A stretch of DNA of 61,229 nt from Raillietiella orientalis. Its lineage: Eukaryota. Position 1 is the stretch's first letter; the number at the start of each line of letters is the position of its first letter. The stretch is from contig JAYWIR010000151.1 of the NCBI GenBank assembly GCA_036172245.1, positions 1 through 61,229 on the forward strand. The letters run 5' to 3'. Position numbers and translations under genes: made by a program. This document shows, piece by piece, positions 1-12,900 of the stretch. The notes under the pieces are model-generated. The model saw only the letters and a list, made by a program, of their open reading frames with translations. It was not told the origin of the DNA and did not search any database.

Positions 1-808
1 ATTCAATGGAGTTTCCGGAGCGTGACGCCTCTCAGGTATTCGCGAAGGTGTTCCTTCGCACCTGGGAGTCGCGTCCAGTTCTCCGGCAGACGCCAATCCC
101 TGGATGGCGGTCCCTTGTCACGAGGCCGCATCTCGAAAATTCATTGGGAATGGTCCGACAACGTCGACGCAACCCTCCCCCGTTTGCCGACCCGTGAACA
201 CAGGTCAGCGTCAAGGAAGACGTGGTCGATGCTGCGGACCATTCCCCTCTCACCCGCGAAAAAGTTGCGCGCACGCATGGTGGCGCAAAACTCGTTCATC
301 GCGTTCTCTTGTGTTTCTGGCTCACCTGTTAGCAGAAAAAGATTGAAATCTGCCGCTATCAGGTGAGCCTTTCGCACATTGGTATCCGCCAGCCAGTCGC
401 GCTTCAGGATTTCCAGCAGCCTGGTGCGGTCGCGGTAACCCTGCTTGCCGCTGGGGCCATACACGTTTGTGACGATTAGGTCGATCGAGTCGGACCAGCT
501 GAGAATCAGCTGACCGATCCGACCGTCGTCATCAAACCGCACGCCCTTTACGGCAGCGTCGATGGCCGGCTTCACGAAGAACGCGACCCCGCAGGTGTTG
601 CGGAGGCCGCATCGCCAATAGAACCGACCCCCCCTGATCGTCTCGATCTCCTGGGCGTCTGCCGCGGTGATCACGTGGATCTCCTGCAGCAGAGCCAGGT
701 CGAGCTCACGCAGGGTGTCGGCCGTATCTCGCCTGTTGCCGTCGTCGCGCCGCCCGTTGACGTTCCAACAGGCCGCGCGAATCCGACGGCGACTGGCGAG
801 CCCAGGTG
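1..808 (-). pseudogene. A1 ORF2 N-terminal AP endonuclease domain (partial)
   Basis: ORF 141-674 has NVYGP, ADFN, SIDH and SDH; an internal stop follows at 143-141. Confidence 0.88.
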
Positions 809-2685
809 TTAGTCCTGGGAAAACGGCGATGCGGCCCCCGCCACCTGCTGGGGCGGGACGCTAGGTGGAGGGGGAGGGGAGACAGATACTGAAGGCACCT
901 GTTCCTCCTCCTCCATCGGTGCCGGCGCGTCGGCCGGATCACCCGCAGGTGGAGTCGCGCCTACCTGTTCGCCCTCCTCCATGGGTTCGGGCTGCTCAGG
1001 TTTCCCTACTGCAGGGAGGACTTCACCCCCCTGCTCACCCTCCTCCATGGGAGTGGCCGACTCGACGGCTACCGGGCGTGGGTATTCCCCTTCCGGGATT
1101 CCCACGCTGTCGCTTCCTTCCGGCTTCTCCTTCTCGCTGTTGGAGGGGAGGCGCCTCCTGGGTTTCTGGGACTTGCGTCATGACTTCCTGGGGGGTGCCT
1201 CTGAGGAGGAGGATCCGCTTCCGGCCCCCAGGTCGCACTCACCTGCAGGGGCCTTCTTCGTCGGAGCCGACCTGCGTACGCCCTTGCGCGACGGGGTTTC
1301 GCGCTCGGCGAGCGTTGCTGCGAGCTCCTCCGCCGCTTTCTCGAAGGCCGCGTCTTCGCCAGTGGCGACCGTTGCCGCGGGCTGCTCCGGGACCTTATCC
1401 AGCGCGGCGTCATCGCTGACGGCAAACCTTGCCGCGGGCTCCTCCGCGATTTTATCGAGCGCGGCGTCCTGGCTGTCGGCGCGCGAGTCTCGCGTCTCAC
1501 CCTCTAAACGTAGAATGGGCTGGTTTACGCGAGTATTCATCGCGTCCGCATCAGCTGTTCCGCGAACATTGCCGCGGGCGGACACGGCAGGAACGGCTAA
1601 GCGTTCCAGTGCCACCGAGCATTCGCGGAGTTGTTTTTTTTTTGAAAGCGGCGCGACCTTTTTCTTGTTGCCGGCAGTTTTCTTCTCCGACTTTTCTTCT
1701 GGCATTAATTTCTTTTTTTTTTCTTTTCTGGCCTGAACCAGCTGCCAACCCCCCTCCATTTCCGCGTTTACGGGAGATCTTTCCTCCGACGTCTGTAAGG
1801 GAGGAAGGGGGGCTGGCATTTGGGAACGGCCATTTTCGCGAGCTGGTCTTTCTACCAGCTTTCCACGTTTTCCCTGCGCCTTTTTGGTAACAAGGGGCAC
1901 CGGGGTGGGGCGCTTGAGGCACACGCGCCAAACGTGACCCTTTTCGCCGCAAAAGTAACACACAATGTTCGGGCACCTTTTTCGTAGATGCCCTACTGCA
2001 TTGCAGTAGCCACAAAATTGGCGTTTCCCCACGTACCAGAGGTCCACCGCTTCTTGGCAGACCTCCAGGTTGTGGAGAAGCGCACCACCCTCTTTTACGG
2101 TGATACGCGCCGCAGCTTGACCTCTGAAAGGCTATTGTAGCCTTGGAAAATCGTGGACTTCGGCCACAACGCGTGCACTTCTGCGTGCTTTTGTAACTGT
2201 TCGCGAACCGCTGATCTAGTCATGCGACTGGAGATCCCAGTGAGATCGACCACCACCGAGCGGTCCATCGTTACCGGCAAGATCTTCCGACCATCAACGA
2301 TCAGCGGGTGGGTGATCAGGTGTCGGGCCAAGGTGATATCCTTGCATACCACCTCGACCCGCTGCCCGCCGCTGAGGACGCAGAGGCCGTCCAGAACTTT
2401 TTCGAAGATATTGGCGTTCTGCAGCGCCTTCGTAAAGGCGCGTGCAGTTCGCCCATCGAGAAGGTTGCCTACCTTGTAGACTAGCGAGGGCTTATACCCC
2501 ACTTTCTTGTAGGCTTCCATCTCGGCCATGGCTTTCACGCTAGGCGCGGCCACCATGGCGCTCCATGACCTCGGCGTAGCCTAGGACAATTCCGGGGCGG
2601 ATGCCCCTGATCCAGTAGGCTGTGGGGACGAACAAGCCTCCATCACGCCTACTTCCATCGCGGTGTCCTCTGCCAACGCTGCCAT
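809..2685 (-). pseudogene. A1 ORF1, gag-like nucleic-acid-binding protein (stop codons and frameshifts)
   Basis: ORF pieces 2095-2556, 1178-2047 (CGYCNAVGHLRKRC, CYFCGEKGHVWRVC) and 809-1105 are colinear with A3 ORF1 (16877-18628). Confidence 0.88.
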
Positions 2686-2787
2686 CGGACACCGACTATG
2701 TGCACGCACAAATCACTCAAGAAAAAAAACCACTCGCCTTGCCACGCAGGCGGAGCGCAGGAAAAGCACGTCCTCTCTCCACAGCGG

Positions 2788-5769
2788 GGATTCGGCGATG
2801 GGCTGAGGAACGACCGGGCATACCACCACGCCCGTCTTTACTCTAGGACTCCCGACGTTCGACGCCTGGCGGAGTATAAAGCTGTGGCTGAGCGACAGAC
2901 CTGGCAATCCGGGTTGCCAGCTTGCTAGACACCCAAGGCCAGGAATGCTCAGCTCCGGCGAAAATAAACCGCATCCTGCGGGACTATTACTCCTCCTTGT
3001 ACGCGCGTAGAACAACAAAGCGCGCCGTGGCGCAGCGCTTGCTTCCGCAATGCGCCCCCGCGCTACAGAAGGAGCAGACACATCAACTCGAGGAGCCCTT
3101 CTCGATGGCGGAAATCAGTTCCGCCATTGGAAAGCTCAGAAAGAGGAAAGCACCAGGGGAAGACGGTCTGCCCGCTGAGTTCTACCAAGGCTTTGTGGCG
3201 GAGCTGGCCTTCCTAGTGCATCGGCTTTGCATGCTGATCCGAGAACAAGGGGACGTCCCCAAATCGTTCCGGTCAGTTAGGGTACGTCTCCTGCCGAAAG
3301 CAGGAGACAATCGCAACGTAGGCAACTGGCGTCCCATCACAGTAGTGGATGCGGATGCGAAGTTGCTTGCCAAGCTTTCGGCTGAGCGACTGGGATGGGT
3401 GACGGAATCCGTGGTGAGTCCAGAGCAGACATCCGCTGTTCCCGGACGAAGCATGGAGGTCAACCTGTTCCTCGCCAGTACATGGTGGCATTTGCAACAA
3501 AGCGAAGACCAGGGAGGTCAAGAGAATCCTGGATTCTCCTCTGACCAGGGAGGGGACGCCCTTCATGGAAGAGCCCCGCCGGGTGCCCTTGCGGTCGCAG
3601 TCGATCTGCGTAAAGCGTTTTATTCCTTCGACCAGGAACTGCTTCTGGATCTCCAGGAACGCTTGGGATTCCCGGCCGTCTTCCGGGCTTACCTGCGCTC
3701 CTGCTGGCGCTTCGCTCTAATAAACATCTCCTTTAGCGGCCGGCACGTGTACGGCGTGCCGGTTCGGCGTGGCAGAAGGCAGGGTGACAGTCTGAGCCCC
3801 TTGCTCTTCAGCATCTACTTCGAGCTGGTGCTGAGGGCATACAGGGAGACTCTGCAACCCTGTCAAGCTCGTGTCCCGGCACGCCTGCCGTGTCGGCCTG
3901 CGCCGACGACCTTCTGCTCCTGCACCCCGGGTCCATTACGGGGTCGGCGCTCGAAGATTTCTTTGAGTTGCTGCGCCGCGGGACGGGCCTCGAGGTGAAC
4001 AGAGAGAAATCTTCCATCGTTCCAACATCACCACAACTTTTCAACCATACGGCGTGGGCCGGACGGCCGAACTGGATCCGCTTGAGTATCCTTACGGGCA
4101 GGTGCTTCAAGTACCTTGGCGTTCGGTTGGGGGATTTCTGCGTTGCAGAAGCCTGGTCCGACCGTCTCCAAAAGGTGGAGTTGGCGATCAACCCGTTCCG
4201 GAACGGCAAGTTTTACTTGCAGGAGCGGGCCGCGGTGTGGAAAGCGTTCGCGGCCCCCCTCCTTCGCCCCTTACTTTTTGTTTGCCCCGCCCCTCCCATC
4301 ATACAGAGTCGGACCAAAGCCCTCTTGAGGACTGCCCTTTGGGGCACAGCGAGGTCGCGAGTCCAATTGAAAGACTTGTGCGCTCAACGCAGGGATGGTC
4401 ACTTGGGCCTCCTTACGTTGGAGCGCATCCAACTACAGACAACACTTCGGAAGTTAGCCCTTGCGGCTAGCTTATGGATCATGCCATTGTGCGATTCGGC
4501 ACGGCTCCTCGCCAGAAGAGCGACCGGCTGCGAAGGATTGTCCTCGATCCTCGTGACCTACCAGCGCAGCCTCTCCAACTTTGAGTCCGATTTGCGCCAG
4601 ATGGTCGCCCTGATGAGGGAGAATACCTGGATCTCCTGCCTCCCCGCGAACTGCATTGCCTGGCTTCAGAGTCAGCTTCCGCGTGGGCTAAGATCAACGG
4701 CAGGAGCGGGGCGGAATACAACTTCCTACGACGAGGACCGTACGCTCGACAGCCGCTGCAGGAGATTATCAACACGCCCCGGAAGTTTCTGTTGGCTCCT
4801 TTCAGCCCCCTTGCCCCCGTTCTGTCCTCCCTAAAAAACATTAGGAGCAGCAACGAGCGGGCATCGTGGGAAGTGTCCTGCCTTGTCCGAGGCAAAAAAA
4901 AACCTTTAAAAACGTAGGCGACTTGGGAGCTCACGGACGTTGCCACCCCGAGCGTCCCTCCTCACGGACATGCGCGCTGGTGAGAGCTGTTTGCAATACC
5001 TCCGGAGGAGGTGAAGTGGCCCCCAGCGTGTTGGGATTGTTGCACACTTCCCTTGAAGTGGCAGGAGACGGCGTTGCTATTGCTGCACTGAGGACTGTTG
5101 AGCAGAGCACGCCTGTCTCACTGGACACTGGAGAATGTGAATGCCCTCTGTGTCGAGTGCGGAGGAAGAGAAACCTTCCCGCATCTCACCCTCGAGTGTG
5201 TCGCCCTGGATGGACTCTGGAGTCGAATCGCCCCAATCCTCCATCTTCCAGTAGGCGACCCTAAAGAAATTTACCGTCGCCTCTTTCTGCGTGACGTCCT
5301 GCGCCCCGCTGCGTCCCTTGCAGTCCTCTGCTGCGTGCGCGGCATTGTGCAAAAATGGCACGCCAGAAGAAGAGGCCGAAGATGCAGGGACGCCATCCAC
5401 TGAACGAGGATCTCTGTAGAGGCGGCGACAAGGTGGCGTCTACCTTTCACAATAAAAACCGGACTTGAGTGTATCCTAAACAGGATGCGGAGGACCGACC
5501 CAGGCGCCCAGTGATACCTTCCCTGCCCCCCCTCCTCTCCCCATATAACTGTTTCCCTCCCCGTTATCTCTCGTTTTGTTTGTGTTTGTTCAAGTTTTCC
5601 CTTTCCATGCGCCTCAGGAATGGACCTAACCGGTCTATGCACCGGCAACCGACACGTCGAGCAAGGTGGGTGAACCCAGTGTTTCCCCACAGAAAACATC
5701 TTTTTAAAGGCTCTATTATCTAATTTTTGTAAAAAATTAGAATAATAAATGCCCCGGCATATCCGGATG
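2788..5769 (+). mobile_element. Non-LTR retrotransposon family D copy D1, 3' half (decayed ORF2 RT and zinc finger, 3' UTR)
   Basis: KAPGEDGLP, WRPIT, RQGDSLSP, CADD, KYLG and CVECGGRETFPHLTLEC across frameshifted ORFs 2922-3998, 3890-4834 and 5098-5403; ends in AATAAA-TGCCCCGGCATATCCGGATG (5744-5769). Confidence 0.9.
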
Positions 5770-8700
5770 ACAAACTTCGGCTGCAGCTAAGCATTCCGGG
5801 CCAGCGTCATCGAGCAGACAAGCCGCTGCAGATTGTCAAACCTGGCGCTCGGCCCTGGCGTTGTATTCCGCCAGACGCCGGACGTCCGGGCATCGGGAGA
5901 AGGTACGCGCCTGCAGATAGGATCTGCTGTTCGCGACACCCTCCCCGAAGCCGCGAGGAAGCAGGTGCAAGGGGAACCGGCAGCAGAACTAGAGGACCGA
6001 TCTTTTCAGATCGTCCCAGTCCTGAAGTTCAGGGATGGCAAAGCCCCGGAAGTGTTGGCGAAGATGCTCTGCCGCCTCCGAATTGTTCAGCCTGTCGGTC
6101 GGCAACCTCCAGACATTCATCGGAGGCCCTTTGCCAGGCGGAAGTAGCTCGAACTCCAGTGTAGGATGATCGGAAATCGCGGACAGCAGGCGCCCTTTCC
6201 GACCTACTCGTGAGAGCAGGTGTTCATCGAGGAACGCATGCTCCGGCGATCTCTCCATCCCGGGCTCACCAGCAAGCAAGTTTTGCACGCGCACGCACGC
6301 CCATACCTCGCTCACCAGTTGCTTCTCCCTCAAGCGGCATCTCTCCTCTGTTAGCAGGTTGACGTTGAAGTCTCCTGCAAGGAGGTGCGCCACGTTAGGG
6401 ACGGAGTCAGCGAGCCAGCGGCTGCGCAGGCCACCCAGGAATGCAAGTCGCTGGGCGTATTGCCAGCCGCCGCTCGGCGCGTAGGTGTTCGTAACGACCA
6501 GGTCGATCGATTCGGACCACTTAAGGACAAAATGGCCCACACGACCTTCCTCGTCGAAACAAACGTTTCGCACCGCCTATGCCACCCTGCCTCGGACGAG
6601 GAACGCGACTCGGCACGTTTGCGCGGAGCCTTGCCGCCAGTGTAGCGTCCCGTCCGCGCGCTCTTCGATATTCGAAGCCTGCCGTTCGGAGATGCTATGT
6701 ATCTTCTGCAGCAGCACCAGATCGAACGCGCGCAAAGAGTTGGCTACCGTCCGCCTTTTGTCAGCATCACGTAGCCCGTTGACATTCCAACAGGTCACGC
6801 TGACGCGACCAGCGGACGCGAGTCCACTCATCACTGCTGCGCACATGACGGCGTGCTCCTCGCCCCGTCCGGCGAGAAGTAAGCTGGTAGGAGAGCGGAT
6901 TGGGAAGCGGAAGCGCTCCCGTTCGCCGCCACATCGCGCCCAGCTGAGTTCTGGGAGCCGAGGATCATCGCCTTGGTTTCCATGCAGGAGCCGGAACTGC
7001 CTCCAGCAGCAGGCTCGTGCATTCGCACTTTAGTCCGGCGCGCTACCAGCTGACCCCGGGATGCGCGCTCCATTTGTTTGCACTCGGACTCCACCTCGGA
7101 GTCCGAGTGCCTGGTGCGAGACTGGCATTTTGCCAGTCTCTTTTTGTTTCGGCAGGTGGAGGCTTGCCCTGCCCACGCGGGGGTCGTCGCAGTCGCCAAC
7201 GCAGCTTCCGGAGCTTTGGCTTTTGCAGCCGCCCTCTCGCGCGAAGCGACGGAGACAGAGAACGCCGCCGTAGTGCGTACCTGGGTACGCACCTTCTTTG
7301 GCGTGCTTCTCTCTTTCCTCCCACCCACCTTAAAGATGAGGAATATTGAAGGGTCAACCTTCTTCTTCCCCTTTGTGGGCGTCCTGGAGACGCTAGTCCA
7401 TCCCGCGTAGGGGACGCCCTCGTAAAAGGCCGACGCCTCCCTCAATTGTTTGGCAGGAGATTCCGGCTCACCTTTCGCGCTCGCGGCGGGAGACGGCTCC
7501 GTCCCCGTTACGCACGGCACCTGCTCCTTAGCCGATGCGGGCGGAACGGCGGGCATTGCCGTCATCCCGCGAGGCTCTATTGCAGCCTTCGTTGCTCGCG
7601 CCTTCGGCGTGGAAGACGTGATGTCCACCGCCGTAGGAGCAGACTGCCGTTCAGAGGCAGTTCCGAGGGTACCCGCACACCGTTTCCCGTGTGCTCCGCT
7701 GGACGCGCAAGCGGACACGGACGGTTCAGTAGCCTTGATTGAGTGCGTGCACACACTCTTAGGCCGCTTCGAATGGAGCGATTTGCACCCAGGGTGACGT
7801 GGCATCTTTCCCATCTGCGCGGCTGTCTGAAATGATGGCTTCCCTGAAGCAACCGCGCCCTTTTTCGCGAGACCGCCACTCCGCGATGCCCCGCCCTTTG
7901 CGCCCGATTTCTCCCGTGGCACAACGGGGGAACTTTTGGGCGCGGACGTTGTCAAATGTTGGCGGTTTTTTGCCTGCCGCTTTCTTTTCAGCTCGGCGCA
8001 CTCTTTGATGGAGTGACCGAGCTGTTTACAATAGCGGCAGTTGAGTGAAGAGCAGGTCCACAGACGGTGGCCCTCTGCACCGCAAATGCCGCAAGCCGGT
8101 CGCTGGCAAGGCAAATTTAAGGTTTACGATCGCATCGCCCACCTGCAAGTGCGGAGGCATTTGCCTCCTATCCGACATGGTGACACGCGGCATGGCAAGT
8201 TCGCTGTGGAGAGATGCAATCCTTTTGATCGGATTGTCTGCTCTCCACAGCGCGTGCACTGAGTCGAATGCACTAAGTGCAGCGACGAGCACGCGATCGG
8301 GCGTGTTCACCTGGACGGCGGACAATCGGACCCCGAACGACTAATCCATAACCGACGGGACGACTTCCTTCCCGCGGATATTTAGCGAAGTTCGGAGAAG
8401 ACGCTGGACTATAGATGCCTCTTTGCAGTGCACCTCCCTGTGTCCGAGCGCGTTTACCGGCATGACGGCCAGGGGGTCGTCCTGTCGGACCCCGACGCGC
8501 AAAAGCTCATCCCATACATTTTCTCCGACCCCGTCGGAGATCGCAGCACTCACCGGATAGCAGAGCGCAGGCTTGTAGCCATGGGCTGCATATGCCTGCA
8601 GCTCTGCTTCGTCGGACGGTGCTCCGTTGGCTGCCGCCGCCTTGACGACGGCGGCGAAGCATCTCGACGGTGGCGAGACACAAGAATCAGAGGCGGACCG

Positions 8701-8854
8701 GACATCTGCAGTAGAGTCTCCACTGCCAGTAGCAGCCTCCACATCCATCTTTTGCTGCAGGGGCTCCGTGGACATCCTAGTGGACGCAATCGGGCACACC
8801 ACACACAAGAAGACGGAAAGGAATCACGCTCGAGGAGCAACACAGAACACGTCC
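5770..8854 (-). mobile_element. Non-LTR retrotransposon family E copy E1, 5' half (ORF1 8775-6831, endonuclease 6831-5770; both disrupted)
   Basis: GGACGTG at 8854-8848; knuckles CGICGAEGHRLWTC and CRYCKQLGHSIKEC; TGATG stop-start at 6833-6829; WNVNG, NTYAP, GDFN and SDH. Confidence 0.9.
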
Positions 8855-9050
8855 GTGCACCGTTGTCGTCGAGCGTATTCCCGACCGCTGCGCAAAAGAA
8901 CTCGCCGCTACCGACGACAACCCCGCTGTTGACTCGGTCAACAGCGAGGGGATCGAGCCGGCGGCGGCGTCCGTCATCGACAGCACCATCGATGAGTTAG
9001 CCTTCGCGCGAGCCGCGGAGGAGCTGGCAGCCTCGTTGCAGCCAGAACCC
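8855..9050 (+). mobile_element. Diverged family C ORF1 fragment (C4)
   Basis: Aligns by eye to about 36863-37070 (CTVVVER...ARAAEELAASLQPEPS). Confidence 0.8.
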
Positions 9051-9920
9051 TCCGCGGTTAGTAGGAGGACGTGTTTTTCCTTCACTCCCCAAAGAGTAGT
9101 AGGAAAGCGCTTTTTCTTCTGTGTGGTGTTTTGTGTACATCGTCGGTGTCCAATGGCCACGACGCCAGAGGACACCGCGATGGAGGTGGGAGTGGGGGAG
9201 GCTAGTTCGCCCCCACAGCCTACTGGAGCAGGGGCAGCCGCCCCGGAATCATCCCCGGCCACGCCGAGGACATGGAGCGCCATGGTGGCCGCGCCCAGCG
9301 CAGAAGCCATGGCGGAGATGGCCGCATACAAGGCCTCCGGGTACAAGCCATCGCTTGTCTACCAGGTAGGCAACTTGTTCGACGGCCGGACAGCGCGCGC
9401 CTTCAGCAAAGCGTTGAAGGACGCGAATGTTAATGAGAAGGATCTGGACGGCCTCTCCGTCCTCAGCGGCGGGCAGCGGGTCGAGGTGGTCTGCAAAGAT
9501 GTCACCTTGGCTCACCGCCTAATCCATGCGCCGCTGAACGTAGCCGGCCGCAAGATCCTGCCAGTATCAATGGACCGCTCCGTGGTGGTCCACATGACTG
9601 GCATCACCAGCCGCATGACGCGGTCAGCGGTTGGTGAGGAATTAAGAAAGTACGCTGAGGTGCACGCACTGTAGCCGAAACCCTACATTTTCGACGGCTT
9701 CGATAGCCTTTTTGGTGTGCAGGCTGCAGCGCGGGTCACCGTAAGGGAGAATTGTGGGCTTCCTCACGAACTACGGGTGGCGAAAGAAAACGTCGACCTG
9801 TGGTATGTAGGGAAGCCCCGGTATTGCGGGCATTGTGATACCGTGGGACACCTAGGTAAAAGGTGTCCCAATATACAATGCCATTTGTGCGGGGAGGGGG
9901 CCACGTTCGGCGCGTGCGGG

Positions 9921-12900
9921 GTAGCTTTCTTTGGTGAGGTGCAGAGCCACTGGCTCAACAACTCCGGTTTCCAAGTGGCGCACCTCGTCGCTGGGGACTT
10001 CAACGTCCGCCTGCTCTCCGACGATTGGAGCCGCCCGAGGGAGCGCGCGCTGCCCATCGAGATGTGCGCGTCCGTGCACGCCGCCAACTTGATGGTCAGC
10101 GAACCTGGAATGAAAAGATCGCTCGATCACGTTTTCCTCGATGAAAACCTGCATTCGCGTGTGGGTAGGAGAGGAAGATTGTTGACTGAGCTTTCTGACC
10201 ACCACAGGTTGAAGTTTGAGATCCTTCCGCCAGGCAGGGGGCCTCCGTTGCAAAACTGGAGGATGCAGGCGGATTGGCTTAGCCAACCGGAGGCTGCGGA
10301 GCATCTACGTGGATACCTCCGAGGCTTTGCCATTCAAGAACTTGCGGACTGCGACGATCTCAAAAGATCTGTCCCCGAGTTCTGCTGCCAATTCCCCTTG
10401 CACAGGCTTCCACGCGGTTCCGGAGAGGGCGTGGCCAACAGTAGAAACTTTCTGCAGGCCCGCACGTTTTTTGAGACGCGCCGATGTCGGGCATCTCGCA
10501 GAGTACAAGGCGAGGGCCGAGCGCCAGGTCTGGCAGTCCGGAGCAGCATGCCTGTTGGACGACAAGGGCCAGGAATGTTCGGCCCCAGCCGAAGTACGCC
10601 GCATTGTGAGACGCTACTACTCCTCGCTCTACGCTAAATCTCCGAAGGAGGATATTCTTTCTGAGATACTCCTGTCTCAGGATGCTCGTGTTGTCGGCGA
10701 GGAGGAACGCGAACGTCTCAACGAGCCCTTCACGGCGGATGAATTTTCGTACGCAATCGCTGGGCTGAAGACACGAAAGGCGCCAGGTGAGGATGGGCTC
10801 CCTGCAGAGTTTTATCACTGCTTTGCAGTGAAGCTCATTTCCTTGATGCTGAAACTCGCGACGCTGATGAGTGAATCCGGGAATGTCCCTGATTCCATCC
10901 GCTCAGCGAAGGTGCGTCTTCTGCCGGAAGGCGGAGACTTGCTTCAACTTAACAACTGGCGTCCGATCACCTTGATGAACTCGGACGTCAAGTTGTTTTT
11001 TAAGCTATTGTTCGCGCGGTTAGGAAGTATCGCGGAATCTGTGGTGAGCCCGGAACAAACCTACGCGGTTCCGGGACGATCCATGGAGGAGAACAACCTT
11101 TTCGCGCGTACATGGATGCAGCTGCAGGAAATTGTGGCGCAGCAAAGTCAGGCTGCTGCGAAAGTCACTGCCGCAGGCAAGAAGAACAGGCGCCGACGGC
11201 AGGAGGGAACGCCAGGTGCCTTGGCTGTCGCGGTCGATCTCCACAAGGCGTTCGACTGCGTAAACCAGAAGCTGCTTTTGGAGCTTATGGAACGCCTTGG
11301 GTTCCCGGCGCAACTCCTGCTGTATTTGCGCGCGTGCTGGCGCCACGCGCTGACCTGCATTACTTTCAGCGGCTGCCGCGTGTATGGTATTCCCGTTCGT
11401 AGAAGCATCCGACAGGGCGACAGCTTAAGCCCGTTGCTCTTCAGGATCTTCTTTAAGTTGGTGCTAAGAGCATACAGGCTGACGCTGTCTCACTTGCCAA
11501 GCTCCTCCCCCGGAACGCCTGCCGTGGCCGCCTACGCTGATGACCTGCTTCTTCTGCACCCCATGTCCACCCCGGCGTCCAGTGTCGAGGATTTCTTCGA
11601 CCTGATTCGTCGGGGAGCGGGCGTGAGCGTGAACAGAGAGAAGAGCGTGGTCGTTCCTGTGGTTACGTCGTGGGAGGGGCAGTCCGACTGGATCCGCATG
11701 GGGATCCCCACGGGCGGGTACTTTAAGTACCTTGGCGTTCCGTTGGGCGCTTTCGGCGCAGCCAAAGCGTGGGCGGACTGTCTTCAGAAAGCAGAGTTGG
11801 CCATCAGCACGTTCTTTAACGGCAAGTTTACCTTGCAGGAACGGGCGACTATTTGGAACACCTTTGTGGCCCCCCTCCTCCGTCCCCTGTTTTTTGTTTT
11901 GGACCCCCCCTATGCGGCAAAACAGCGGGCTAAACGCCTGCTCAGGAACGCTCTCTGGGGTCCGGCGAGATCCAGAATCCGCCTCAAAGATTTGTTAGCT
12001 CCGCGTCGGGATGCTGGTTTAGGTATCTTGACAATGGAGCGAATCGGACTGCAGGTGCAGTTCCGACTGATGGCACTGTGTGCCCAGCTATGGACATCCC
12101 CCCTGTGTGTGCCAGCCCGCATTCTCCTGCGGAGATGCGCCGGCAGCGGAGGATTTCTCTCGCTTTTGCCGGGCACTCAATACATGAAGCGGGGTTTCGG
12201 GTTTCCATTGCGGCAGTTGACCGCACTTCTGGAAGCTCACTCGTGGATCTCCTGCCGCCCAATGAACTTTGAAGCTTGGCGGCAGGAGTCTGTTGAATCC
12301 TGGGCGGCGTTCCAAGGAATACGCTTTGAAGATCTTCGCCCCCTGTGTCAATTTTTTCCACGATCCTTGGAAGAAGTACTGCAGGCCGAGGTGAAGTGTT
12401 CTACCCTGGCTGCCACGCCTCTTGCCGCAGCGCTGTCTGCCCTCTGGGCAAGAAACGATAGTTACCAACCGGCGAGGTGGGAGGTTTCCTGCACGATAGC
12501 GGGAAAAACCAAACTCCTTGGCGCCTGGAAGACGAGTGAGTTGGCGGACGCCGCCACTCCTCGTGTTACTGCAAAGAAACTCCTCCGGTGGGCAGAACAA
12601 CTTGCTGTCACCCCCGAAGAACTTGTAGTCCCTCCACAGTGTATTGACTGTTCGCTGCTTCCCCTTGCTTGGAAACAAGCCGTGCTGCTTTTCGTTCACT
12701 GGGGTTTTCAGTGCAACGAGCGTTGGCATCGTGACTCCGGGGGACTTGCGTCTGCGAACTGCGTTCTGTGCGGATCGACGGAGTGGATTCCGCACCTACT
12801 TCTGGACTGCGGTGTCCTACAAGGACTGTGGCGTAGGCTGGCAACAGCACTAATGCATCCCGTGGACACCGCAAGAGACTTGCTGCGACGATTCTTCACG

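Larger units (their letters stand above)
1..2787 (-). mobile_element. L1/Tx1-like non-LTR retrotransposon, family A copy A1 (5' UTR, ORF1, endonuclease part of ORF2; runs off the window start)
   Basis: GGACGTG at 2773-2767 near the 5' end; ORF1 with two CX2CX4HX4C knuckles; APE motifs WNVNG, LQEIH, NVYGP, ADFN, SIDH and SDH on the minus strand. Confidence 0.92.

Noticed and set aside
9041..9053. A2 5' flank as a true family A target
   Set aside because: It lies in sense C ORF1 sequence. The resemblance of GCCAGAACCC to GCCGAAACC is short and fits a microhomology join equally well.
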